Shown: piece by piece, positions 29,115 to 37,913 of the stretch
Position numbering within the stretch: position 1 is the first letter of the stretch
How the letters are laid out: the number at the start of each line of letters is the position of its first letter
Source: Deferrisomatales bacterium
GTDB lineage: Bacteria; Desulfobacterota; Deferrisomatia; Deferrisomatales; JACRMM01
NCBI GenBank assembly: GCA_033551855.1
Contig: JAWSUI010000002.1
Location: 32,001 to 96,000, forward strand
Length of the DNA stretch: 64,000 nt
Direction of reading: 5' to 3'
The notes under the pieces: model-generated
Seen by the model: the letters and a program-made list of their open reading frames with translations, nothing else
What the model was told of the DNA's origin: nothing
Database searches by the model: none
Position numbers and translations under genes: made by a program

Positions 29115-31867
29115 CGGTGTCTACCCCCCAGCCAGTCCCGGAGGTAGCGCCCCGTGGGGCCCAGGGCGCGGGCGGCCACCTCGTCCGGTGTGCCGGCGTC
29201 CACCACCGTTCCCCCCTCCTGGCCGCCCCCTGGCCCCAGGTCGATCACCCAGTCCGCCTGGGCCACCAGGTCGAGGTTGTGCTCCACGACCACCACCGTG
29301 CCCCCCCGGTCGATCAGCCGGTGCAGCGTGGCGGCCAGGCGGGCCACGTCCTCGGGGTGGAGCCCCGTGGTGGGCTCGTCGAGCACGTACAGCACGTCCC
29401 GAGTGGCCCGGCCCAAGAGCTCGGAGGCCACCTTGAGGCGCTGGGCCTCCCCCCCCGACAGGGTGTTGGCCGGCTGGCCCAGGACCAGGTAGCCCAGCCC
29501 CATCTCGGCCACGACGTCCAGGGGTCGCCTCACCGCGTCGATGCCGGAGAAGAGCGTGAGCCCCTCGTCCACCGTCAGTCCCAGCACCTCGTGGATGGAA
29601 CGGCCACGGAAGCGAACCGCGAGCACCTCGGGGCGGAACCGCCGCCCCCCGCAGCCCTCGCAGGGGACGTACAGGTCCTCGAAGAAGAGCATCTCGAGCT
29701 GCTCGAACCCCGTACCCTTGCAGCGTTCGCACCGCCCACCGGCGACGTTGAAGGAGAAGTGGCCGGGAGTGAGCCCCAGCCGGCGGCTGGCCGGAAGGGC
29801 CGCGAAGGCGTCGCGCACCGCAGTGTACGCGCCCAAGTAGGTCAAGGGGATCGACCGCGGGGTCCGCCCCATAGGTGACTGGTCCACTTCCCGCACCGCC
29901 TTGGGGAAGGGGGCTCCCCTCGCGGTCACCCCCTCCAGGCTGCCCCGCAGCCCCCGGGATTCCACCGCCGCCACCAGGGTCTCTGCGACCAGGCTCGACT
30001 TCCCCGAGCCCGAAACCCCGGTGACGCAGGTCAGGGCTCCCAGGGGGAAGGCGGCTTCGATCCCCCGGAGGTTGTGGAGGCGGCACCCGTGCAGCACGAG
30101 GTGGCCCCGGGCCGGCCGTATCGGCCGCAGGCGTGGGGCCGCACCCCGGCGTGCGAGGTGGCTGCCGGTTGGGGTGGGTGCGCCCTCCAGGTCGCGGGGA
30201 TGGCCCTCGTACAGGACGCGCCCGCCGCGGCTCCCGCCCCCGGGCCCCAGCTCCACCGCGTGGTCGGCCCTGCGGATGAAGAACAGGTCGTGCTCCACCG
30301 CGACCACCGTGTTGCCCCGGCGGGCCAGGTCGGCGAGAACCTCGGTCAGCACCTCCACGTCCTGGGAGTGGAGTCCGACCGTGGGCTCGTCCAGCACGTA
30401 CAGGGTCCCGGCCAAGCGGTGCTGGAGCTGGAGGGCGAGCGCCGCGCGCTGGGCCTCTCCTCCAGAGAGGGTCCGGGATGCCCGGTCCATGGTCAGGTAG
30501 TGGAGGCCCAGGCGCAGCAGGGTGGCCAGCTTGTCTTCGACCCGCCAGAGGATATCGACGGCACGCTCCCCCAGCTCCGGCGCCAGGGTGCCCACCCAGC
30601 GGGCGAGGTCTGCCAGGGGCAGGGCACTGGCCTCGGCGATGGAGCGCCCCCCCACCGTGACCGCCAGGGACTCGGGCCGCAGCCGCGCGCCGCGGCAGGC
30701 CGGGCAACGGCGCGGCGACCGGTAGCGGGCCAGGAACACCCGCACGTGCATCTTGTACCGTTTGCCTTCCAGATACTGGAAGAAGTCCTTTACCCCCTCC
30801 AGGGGACCCTCCCCTTCCCACACCTGGCGCCGGGCCACGGGGTCGAGCGCGGCCCAGGGGACGTCCAGGGGGATGCCCAGGGAAGGCGCCTCGCTCAGGA
30901 GCTGCTCCTTCCACCAGTGACTGGACGGGCTCTCCCAGGGGGCTACGGCTCCGCCGGCCAAGGTCCGCCCGGGGTCGGGGATCACCTTGGCCTCGTCCCA
31001 CTCCAGCACGGCCCCGAACCCGGTGCAGGTGGGACAGGCTCCCAGGGCGTGGTGGAAGCTGAAGAGGACGGGTCGGGGCTCGGGCAGATCCCGGTCGCAT
31101 TCGTGACAGCGCCGCCGGGTGCCGAAGGCCAGGGAGGGAGCAGCCTCGGGACGAACCCTCGCCGCGCCCCCGCCGAGGCGAAACGCCTCGTCCAGGGCAC
31201 GCGCCAACCGGGCCGGGTCCCGGGAGCGGATGCGCTCGAGCACCAGCGCCCCGTCGGGCCCCGGCAGGGGGGGGAGCTCCCCGGAGTCCAGGCGGTGGAC
31301 CTCGCCGGAGAGCCGTACCCTCGCAAACCCTCGGGTCACGAGGGCACGGGCCCACCCCTCCCGAGGCAGCCCTTCCAGACGATCCAGGGGGATCTCTACG
31401 TCCACGGGGTCCGCAGGGTGGCGGTCCCGGATCTCTCGCGCTGCCGCCTCGGCGCTCCAGGCCCGGCCCGGCCGTCCGCACTGGGGGCAGCGCACCGTGC
31501 CGGCGGTGGCGAACAGCAGGCGGAAGAGGTCATAGAGCTCGGTGGCCGTCCCCACGGTGGAGCGGGCCGAGCGCACGGCGTTGTGCTGGGCCAGGGCGAC
31601 GGCGGGGCGCACGTTCTCCAGCCCGTCCACCTGGGGGCGCGGCATCTTTTCCAGGAGCAGCCTCGCGTAGCTGGGAAGCGATTCCAGGAACCGCCACTGT
31701 CCCTCGGCGAAGAGCGTGTCGAAGGCGAGGCTGGACTTGCCGGAGCCGGAGACGCCGGTGACCGTCACCACGACGTCGTGGGGGATCTCCAGGTCGAAGC
31801 CCGTCAGGTTGTGCTGTCGAGCTCCCCGGATGCGCAGGGGGGCTGGGGGGCTGGGGGGCGGACGCAT
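29111..31867 (-). CDS. uvrA: UvrA-family excinuclease ATPase (probable paralogue)
   Basis: IRGARQHNL; two GVSGSGKSSL Walker A motifs; two LSGGEAQR; Zn fingers; start reassigned to ATG 31867. Confidence 0.9.
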   Translation of the reverse strand: MRPPPSPPAPLRIRGARQHNLTGFDLEIPHDVVVTVTGVSGSGKSSLAFDTLFAEGQWRFLESLPSYARLLLEKMPRPQVDGLENVRPAVALAQHNAVRSARSTVGTATELYDLFRLLFATAGTVRCPQCGRPGRAWSAEAAAREIRDRHPADPVDVEIPLDRLEGLPREGWARALVTRGFARVRLSGEVHRLDSGELPPLPGPDGALVLERIRSRDPARLARALDEAFRLGGGAARVRPEAAPSLAFGTRRRCHECDRDLPEPRPVLFSFHHALGACPTCTGFGAVLEWDEAKVIPDPGRTLAGGAVAPWESPSSHWWKEQLLSEAPSLGIPLDVPWAALDPVARRQVWEGEGPLEGVKDFFQYLEGKRYKMHVRVFLARYRSPRRCPACRGARLRPESLAVTVGGRSIAEASALPLADLARWVGTLAPELGERAVDILWRVEDKLATLLRLGLHYLTMDRASRTLSGGEAQRAALALQLQHRLAGTLYVLDEPTVGLHSQDVEVLTEVLADLARRGNTVVAVEHDLFFIRRADHAVELGPGGGSRGGRVLYEGHPRDLEGAPTPTGSHLARRGAAPRLRPIRPARGHLVLHGCRLHNLRGIEAAFPLGALTCVTGVSGSGKSSLVAETLVAAVESRGLRGSLEGVTARGAPFPKAVREVDQSPMGRTPRSIPLTYLGAYTAVRDAFAALPASRRLGLTPGHFSFNVAGGRCERCKGTGFEQLEMLFFEDLYVPCEGCGGRRFRPEVLAVRFRGRSIHEVLGLTVDEGLTLFSGIDAVRRPLDVVAEMGLGYLVLGQPANTLSGGEAQRLKVASELLGRATRDVLYVLDEPTTGLHPEDVARLAATLHRLIDRGGTVVVVEHNLDLVAQADWVIDLGPGGGQEGGTVVDAGTPDEVAARALGPTGRYLRDWLGGRHR

Positions 31868-31913
31868 GGGCGGTGGGATTATGATCGCTACCCCCGAAAT
31901 GCTCAAGGCGGGG

Positions 31914-31941
31914 TTGACATGGCTCGCCGGGGCGATAAACT
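31914..31941 (+). promoter_or_regulatory. Putative sigma70 promoter
   Basis: TTGACA-N16-TAAACT. Confidence 0.55.
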
Positions 31942-31969
31942 GACGCGGACTGTTGCCCTGGGAGGAGTC

Positions 31970-32578
31970 TTGGATCAGGACTACTCGAAACGGTTCTACG
32001 CTGCCCTGGCCCCCGCCTACGATTGGGTCTTCGGGCCGGCCCTCGAGAGGGGCCGGCGCGACGCAGTGCGGCTGGTCCGTCCCGGCGAGCGGGTCCTGGA
32101 GATGGGAGTCGGCACCGGGCTCGGGCTGCGCCACTACCCGAGCGGATGCCATGTGGTGGGGGTGGACATCTGCCGCCAGATGCTCCGGAAGGCCCGTTGG
32201 CGGGCCTTGGTGGAGGGAAACGGGAGGCGGATCGAGCTGCGCTGCGCCGATGCCACGCGGCTGGACTACCCGGACGGGGCCTTCGACGCGGTCGTAGCAC
32301 CCTACGTCGTGACCACCGTCGGGGAACCCGATCTCCTGTGCCGCGAAATGCGCCGGCTGTGCCGCGTCGGGGGCCGGGTCATCGTCGTGAGCAACACCCG
32401 CGAGGGGGGGTACTACGGCGCAGTCAAATCCCGCCTCTCCCCCTTGATGGAGAGGGTCGGCTTCCGGACCGACCTGGATGTCGAGGGGGTCCTCCGGGGC
32501 GCCGGCCTCCGGCTGCTCGAGGCCAGGAGAGTGCCCCCCTTGAGCATCCACAAGGTGTTTGTGGCCGAACCCGCCTGA
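31970..32578 (+). CDS. Class I SAM methyltransferase, PmtA-like phospholipid N-methyltransferase
   Basis: GGAGG RBS then TTG; YAALAPAYDWVFG; VLEMGVGTGLGL; FDAVVAPYVVTTV. Confidence 0.75.
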   Translation: MDQDYSKRFYAALAPAYDWVFGPALERGRRDAVRLVRPGERVLEMGVGTGLGLRHYPSGCHVVGVDICRQMLRKARWRALVEGNGRRIELRCADATRLDYPDGAFDAVVAPYVVTTVGEPDLLCREMRRLCRVGGRVIVVSNTREGGYYGAVKSRLSPLMERVGFRTDLDVEGVLRGAGLRLLEARRVPPLSIHKVFVAEPA

Positions 32579-32763
32579 ATCCCGCCCGCCGCGCCGCGGC
32601 CGGACCCACCCGGCCGCTTCCCGGATGAACCCAAAAAAAGGCCTTTTGTCGGCGGTTCTTTGTGGTAAACTGCCGTTCGTCTCTGCCCGGAAGGGGGGGA
32701 TGGCCGCCGGGCATGGGGCTCGCCGGCCGGGGATGGATGAGGGAAAGGGATCGGACGGGGACC

Positions 32764-33078
32764 ATGCATCAAGACAAGAACATCAGCTGCATCGACTGTG
32801 GAGAGGACTTCGTGTTCACGGCGGGAGAGCAGGAGTTTTACGCCTCCAAGGGGTTCACCAACGAACCCACCCGGTGCAAGCCTTGCCGCCAGCGCCGAAA
32901 GGGCGCCCGCAACGAGGGCAGCGCGGGGGGGGGCTCCTACGGTGGAGCCAGGCCCCAGAGGGAGCTCTTCGACGTCACGTGCGACGAGTGCGGCCAGCAG
33001 ACCCAGGTGCCCTTCCGGCCGAGCCAGGATCGCCCCGTCTACTGTCGGGACTGCTTCAACCGGCGACGCGCCTACTGA
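32764..33078 (+). CDS. Zinc-ribbon / CxxC-x17-CxxC domain protein
   Basis: DKNISCIDCGEDFVFTAGEQEFY; CKPCR; CDECG...VPFRP...VYCRDCF. Confidence 0.92.
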   Translation: MHQDKNISCIDCGEDFVFTAGEQEFYASKGFTNEPTRCKPCRQRRKGARNEGSAGGGSYGGARPQRELFDVTCDECGQQTQVPFRPSQDRPVYCRDCFNRRRAY

Positions 33079-33100
33079 GGGCCGTTGCCGCCGGCAAGGC

Positions 33101-33136
33101 AAAACGGGGCGGGACCCGCGGGTCCCGCCCCGTTTT
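33101..33136. terminator. Intrinsic terminator (perfect 36-bp palindrome)
   Basis: AAAACGGGGCGGGACCCG|CGGGTCCCGCCCCGTTTT. Confidence 0.85.
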
Positions 33137-33225
33137 CATCGTGCGCCCAAGGACTTGGGGCAGGGTAAAGCTGCGGGGCGGCGGTGTCGATCGGAAGGGA
33201 AAACCCTGGGAAGAGAGGTGCGGCG

Positions 33226-34302
33226 ATGCGGGTACTGGCGATGGTCGGAGTGTTGTTCGTGTCTTCACTTTCGGCCCGCGCCGAAGAAGGGGGCGCCTGG
33301 GTGAGCCACCTGCTGTCCCTGCCGGTCCCGGCGGCCGTGACCCTGTGCGGTGAACCCGTGCCGTTGGACCGGGAAGACGTGCTCGAGCGCTTGGACCTGG
33401 AGCTCGTCGTCACCCTCGGCAGCCCGGTGACCACCTCCCTGTGGTTCAAACGCAGCCCCCGGTTCTTTCCCATGATCGAGCGAGCTCTTCGCGACCGGGG
33501 GCTTCCGGGGGATCTCAAGTACGTCGCCCTCGTCGAGAGCAACCTTCGATCCGACGCCGTGAGCTCCGCAGGCGCCACGGGGCCGTGGCAGTTCATGCCC
33601 GGGACCGGCTCCTCGTACGGCCTGGATCGGTCCCCGTGGCGGGACCAGCGGCGGGACTGGGATGAGGCCACCCGCGCGGCCCTGGACCACCTGGCGGAGT
33701 TGCGGGAATACTTCGGCTCCTGGCCGGCGGCCCTGGCTGCGTACAACGCGGGAAAATCTCGGGTCGCCCGGGCCATGGAGGCCCAAGGCCAGACCGACTA
33801 CTTCGGGCTCCGGCTCCCGCGGGAGACCGAGCGTTACGTCTTCCGGGTGATCGCGGCGAAACTGGTCTTCGAAGACCCGGCAGCGTATGGAATTCGCTTG
33901 GACGGGGCCCGCCGGTACGCGCCGGAGGAGCTTGTCGAGGTCATTCTGGAGGTGCAGCGAAGGGCCATGCCGGTGGCGGCGGTTGCCGAGGCCGCAGGGG
34001 TGTCGTACCGGCGGTTCCTCGAGCTCAACCCCTCCCTTCTGAGCAGGGAGCTGCCCAGGGGAGACCACCGGATCCAAGTTCCCCTGGCGGCCGAGGCACG
34101 CTTTGACCTGTCCCTGGCGCGATGGGAGCGCGAAAACCCGGAAGCCAGGACCGTCTATTACGAGGTCCGCGCCGGCGACACCCTGTCGGCCATCGCCCGG
34201 CAACACCGCGTGCCCCTCGCCGACCTGCTGAGTTGGAACGACCTCACCCCTCGTAGTATCATCCGGCCGGGCCAGGCCCTCGCGGTGCACACCGTCGACT
34301 GA
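33226..34302 (+). CDS. MltD-like lytic transglycosylase with LysM domain
   Basis: LVESN; AVSSAGATGPWQFM; ALAAYNAG; ETERYV; YEVRAGDTLSAIA. Confidence 0.92.
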   Translation: MRVLAMVGVLFVSSLSARAEEGGAWVSHLLSLPVPAAVTLCGEPVPLDREDVLERLDLELVVTLGSPVTTSLWFKRSPRFFPMIERALRDRGLPGDLKYVALVESNLRSDAVSSAGATGPWQFMPGTGSSYGLDRSPWRDQRRDWDEATRAALDHLAELREYFGSWPAALAAYNAGKSRVARAMEAQGQTDYFGLRLPRETERYVFRVIAAKLVFEDPAAYGIRLDGARRYAPEELVEVILEVQRRAMPVAAVAEAAGVSYRRFLELNPSLLSRELPRGDHRIQVPLAAEARFDLSLARWERENPEARTVYYEVRAGDTLSAIARQHRVPLADLLSWNDLTPRSIIRPGQALAVHTVD

Positions 34303-34315
34303 GCGCCGGACCGCC

Positions 34316-34867
34316 TCACGCGGTCCCGAAGGCCCCGCTGAGCATCCCCGGCTCGATCCCCAGGGCGCGGACCGCCCGTTCCCAGCGGTGCTCGGCGGGG
34401 ACGCGAAAGAGGATTTCCGGGGTGGCGGGGACCACGAGCCAGTCGTTGCGACCGAGCTCCTGCTCCATCTGGTCGGGGGCCCATCCGGCGTACCCCAGAC
34501 AGAAGAGGAACCTCTCCGGCCCGCGGCTCGCGGCGATATCGCGAAGGATCTCCAGGGACGTGCCCAGGTGAACGCCGGGCAGGGCGGAAAGGGAACCCTC
34601 GTATTCCCTTCCCTCGTACAACACGAAACCCATCTCGGGCTGCACCGGCCCCCCGAAGTGGACCGGCTCGCCGCTGTCTCCCCGCCCCTCGATGTCCTGT
34701 CCGTCGTAGATGTCGCCGAGCGTGAACGGCGTGGGCCGGTTGACCACCAGACCGAGGGCCCCGTCCTCTCCGTGCTCACACAAGAGCACCACGGTCTGCT
34801 CGAAATTGGGGTCCTTCAGCTGGGGCATGGCCACCAGGAAGTGACCCTTCAGGAACGTCCGTTCGAT
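34316..34867 (-). CDS. YqgE/AlgH family protein
   Basis: FLVAMPQLKDPNFEQTVVLLC; GGPV; LGYAGWAPDQ; start uncertain (probable ATC at 34867). Confidence 0.9.
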   Translation of the reverse strand: MERTFLKGHFLVAMPQLKDPNFEQTVVLLCEHGEDGALGLVVNRPTPFTLGDIYDGQDIEGRGDSGEPVHFGGPVQPEMGFVLYEGREYEGSLSALPGVHLGTSLEILRDIAASRGPERFLFCLGYAGWAPDQMEQELGRNDWLVVPATPEILFRVPAEHRWERAVRALGIEPGMLSGAFGTA

Positions 34868-34895
34868 GGGACACCTCGTGGGGGCAGGAGTGGCG

Positions 34896-35114
34896 TCAGT
34901 CGGCGCCCTTCTCGAAGGGCAGGCAGAACAGGCATGGGGTGTACCCCGCGCGGTAGGCCTCCTCCCGGGTCGCGAAGGGAACGGCATTGCCGGCCCACTC
35001 GACGGCGTGGAGGGTACAGCTGAGCTGCTCGTTGCGCAGGTCGTGCACGTGCTTCTTCCGATGGGGGTTGGCGTCTCCCACGTATCGGGTAGCATACTGG
35101 TTCCAGTGGTACAC
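34896..35114 (-). CDS. Small (72 aa) putative Zn-binding protein, Ada-N-like
   Basis: AAGGAGG RBS then GTG; HVHDL...SC...FATREEAYRAGYTPCLFC. Confidence 0.7.
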   Translation of the reverse strand: MYHWNQYATRYVGDANPHRKKHVHDLRNEQLSCTLHAVEWAGNAVPFATREEAYRAGYTPCLFCLPFEKGAD

Positions 35115-35245
35115 GGCTCCTCCTTGTGAGCGCCGCCTGAGGCGGCAAGCGGGGCGGTGCTGGTGCAACGCTAGCAGCAGGTCGTCGGGGCGGTCAAGGA
35201 TGCACCCGCCGCACGCAGGGGGCGGCGCAGGGAGGAGGCGGAGGG

Positions 35246-35980
35246 ATGGCAACATATCTGGGCGTCATCGTGCTCCTGGTGGCAGCGGTCTCGGCCTCGG
35301 CGCAAGAATACCGGATCGACCGCCCCGGTGAGCCGACCTCGTCCCCGGTGCACCTGACCCAGCCCATTGAGGGGAGGGTGGAGGTACAGAACCTTCCCCA
35401 GGTCCAGGATGTTCGGGTGCTGGGGGGGCTCGAGGGGCCGGTGGAGGTGCGGGGTGAACTGGAGCTCCGCCCCGGGGAGGGTCTCGCCGTGGAGGTCCTG
35501 AATTTTCCCGAGGCTCCGACCCGCCTCGAGGTGGAGGGCACGGTCAGGGTGGACGACGAACGCCCGGTCCAGGTGTGGGTGGTGAACCCCACCGGACCGG
35601 TGACGGGGCCGCCGAACCGGACCTTTGCGTCCTTCGGCTTCGAGGGCGCGTTCGGCGCAAAGGAAACCCGCGTGCAGCGGACGCTCCACCCCCCGGAGGG
35701 ACGGATCTTTCACCTAACCGATCTGGTGCTCGATGCCCGCGCGGACGCGGTGCTCCGGGTCCGCCTGCTCGCCTCCGGCGCAGCCCTGGCGGGGGTCCTT
35801 GTGGCGCAGGGGATGGAGCCCGTTGCCCTGGCCGTGCTGGACTCCCGGCACGGCACCACCCTCCGGCTGGGCACCCCCGTCCCCCTGGGCGGCGGGTTCT
35901 CCCTCGAGGTGGAGGCACTCGGTCCCGGTCAGGGGGCGCCGTTTCGTCTGGCGGCGAGCGGGTACCTGTCGGACCGGTGA
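35246..35980 (+). CDS. Hypothetical exported protein
   Basis: GGAGG RBS; signal peptide ending ASA; beta-rich; GC3-biased codons. Confidence 0.7.
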   Translation: MATYLGVIVLLVAAVSASAQEYRIDRPGEPTSSPVHLTQPIEGRVEVQNLPQVQDVRVLGGLEGPVEVRGELELRPGEGLAVEVLNFPEAPTRLEVEGTVRVDDERPVQVWVVNPTGPVTGPPNRTFASFGFEGAFGAKETRVQRTLHPPEGRIFHLTDLVLDARADAVLRVRLLASGAALAGVLVAQGMEPVALAVLDSRHGTTLRLGTPVPLGGGFSLEVEALGPGQGAPFRLAASGYLSDR

Positions 35981-36120
35981 GAGCCCGTGGAGGGAGGCGT
36001 CGCGAACGGTCCGGAGGGAAAGGCGCGCCGGAGCGAGCGACGAGCCGGATCAGCCTCCCGTGCAGCCCGGCATCGTCTGCCGGAGCGGGCGGGCCCACCC
36101 GGTCGTTTACCGGAAGAACC
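35981..36120 (-). repeat. Inverted partial copy of the left-end repeat family
   Basis: 36065-36120 is the reverse complement of 1057-1112 at 54/56 nt; 35981-35994 is the reverse complement of 1021-1034. Confidence 0.85.
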
Positions 36121-36146
36121 GGAAAGAAGGGGCGGGACGGGGCACC

Positions 36147-36890
36147 TCAATGGGGCCGGAAGGGCCCCTCCTGGTGGAGCAGGCCGTGCTGGTCCAGCAC
36201 GGCCTGGGCGGCCAGGAGGTCGGGCAGGCACAGGGCGTGGACCCCCGTGAGCGCCCCCTCCCGCAGCACCGGGAAGACACGGCCCGCCTGCTCCGTGGCG
36301 AGGCGCTCGAGGGCCTGGGCCGCCGCCGCGGAGGAGAGGTTCCCAGGCGGGGTCAGCGAGGCCTCCAGGATCTCTCCCGGTTCGGCCGGGAGGCCGGGCC
36401 GGTTCACGCCCAGGACTTCCAGGTAGGGGGCGGTGGCGTTGAGGATCGCGCTCCACCCTGCCGGGGGGCGGAGCCCCCCGATCAGACGAAGGAACCGCTG
36501 CTGTACCTCGAGGCTGTGCCGTCGGGCCGCGGTGTCGAAGGGGTCTTCCGGGTCGGCGGGGTTCCAGAAGGGGCGCAAGAGGAGCACGGGCGGTGCAGGC
36601 ACCCAGTAGCCCTGCAGGTACGACCGAAAGGGCGCGCTTCCCCATCCCTCCGCCGTGTGCGCCGGGTGCTGTTCCAGGCCCGCCATCAGGAACTCGAGGG
36701 TGTCCGGGTTCCAGAAGAGCTGCCGCACCGGGTGGGAGGGTTGCTTCGGGGCCCAGGAGGGCGGGAACACCGAGCTCGCCTCGTAGCGCTCGAAGACCGA
36801 GGCGGGCACGGAGAGGAGGGTCTGCGTTCCCTGGGCCAGCACGTAGTGGCCGCGGCGAGGCTCGATGACGACGGTTTCGAAGTGGGTCAC
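36147..36890 (-). CDS. Hypothetical protein
   Basis: Natural amino-acid composition from GTG 36890 (MTHFETVVIEPRRGHY...); no family recognised. Confidence 0.65.
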   Translation of the reverse strand: MTHFETVVIEPRRGHYVLAQGTQTLLSVPASVFERYEASSVFPPSWAPKQPSHPVRQLFWNPDTLEFLMAGLEQHPAHTAEGWGSAPFRSYLQGYWVPAPPVLLLRPFWNPADPEDPFDTAARRHSLEVQQRFLRLIGGLRPPAGWSAILNATAPYLEVLGVNRPGLPAEPGEILEASLTPPGNLSSAAAAQALERLATEQAGRVFPVLREGALTGVHALCLPDLLAAQAVLDQHGLLHQEGPFRPH

Positions 36891-37157
36891 CGTCAGCCCC
36901 CCCGGCGAGGTGACCGCGCCCAGGGCCCGGTCCGATTCTCGCGGCCCAAGACCGCGCGGCCCGAGACCGCGTGCCGCTCCCCCGCCCGTGCCCGGCTCAC
37001 CCACGCGTTCGGATGCTTCACGGCCTCCTCAGAACCTCACGTTAGCGGGCTTCTGCCTTGCGCCGGCCTCCCCTCCCCGGGCCCCGGGGTCCGGGATTCC
37101 GGGGGACCGTCCCGGCCACGGGCTGCGCGAAGAGCCGCGGCCCGTGGCCGGAAGAGA

Positions 37158-37745
37158 TCAGGGCGGGGCGGACACGAGCTCTCGAATCTCCTGGGCCACG
37201 GCGCCGGAGGCCTCTTCGTCCAGGAAGAAGTAAACGTACCTCTCCACCTGGTCCGCGAGCCTCAGAACATCTTCCGGGGTCTCACCACATCGCTCCACCG
37301 CCTGCAGCAGTCGCCCGGCCCCGTCTCCGAGGCGCCGCCGGAGCAGAGCCCGGAGTCGGGGCTTGAGCTCTCCGGGAGCTGTGGGGGCGCCTGCCTGCGC
37401 ATTGTGGCACGGCTCGCGCACCGGCACACCGGAGCTTCTCCCCTCGTCTGCCAGGCGGGCCGCCTCGAGCACGAGCTTGGCGGGATCCAGGGCAATGGTC
37501 CGGAGGGATGGCGGCACGTCGGTCTGGAACCGGAACGAGCCCCCCGGAAGGTCGAAGAGCAGAGAAACCGCTTCCTCGCCCTGGGCTCCCAGTGCTTCGA
37601 CGTGCACCACCTTCCCCCCTTCGAAGAAGAGGGCGGCGGATCCCTGGGGGGACTGCAGGCGCAGCACCCCGGTCTTGCGGCCGGAGCCGACCAACTGGAT
37701 GATGTCGGGAAGGCTGAAATCCTCCAGGCTGCCCCGAAGCTCCAC
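37158..37745 (-). CDS. DUF4388 (PATAN-like) domain protein
   Basis: LRGSLEDFSLPDIIQLV...RKTGVL...LFFEGGKVVH...GEEAV...GSFRF; GAGGAG RBS. Confidence 0.85.
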   Translation of the reverse strand: MELRGSLEDFSLPDIIQLVGSGRKTGVLRLQSPQGSAALFFEGGKVVHVEALGAQGEEAVSLLFDLPGGSFRFQTDVPPSLRTIALDPAKLVLEAARLADEGRSSGVPVREPCHNAQAGAPTAPGELKPRLRALLRRRLGDGAGRLLQAVERCGETPEDVLRLADQVERYVYFFLDEEASGAVAQEIRELVSAPP

Positions 37746-37913
37746 CCCGTCTCTCCTCACCCTGGCGGGTTCGGCGCTCCCGACCTTCGGGTTTGCCCAG
37801 GCCAGAAGGTGCAATTCTTTGGAGAGCCGCCAAGGGATGTCAAGAATGAAGTTGAAAACACCTCTCCTTCTTCCTACCCTGAACAGCCTTTTCCTGGCGC
37901 CGAGGAGGGCCCG

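Noticed and set aside
31868..32551. Long N-terminal extension of UvrA
   Set aside because: Antisense to the methyltransferase; UvrA similarity starts after ATG 31867
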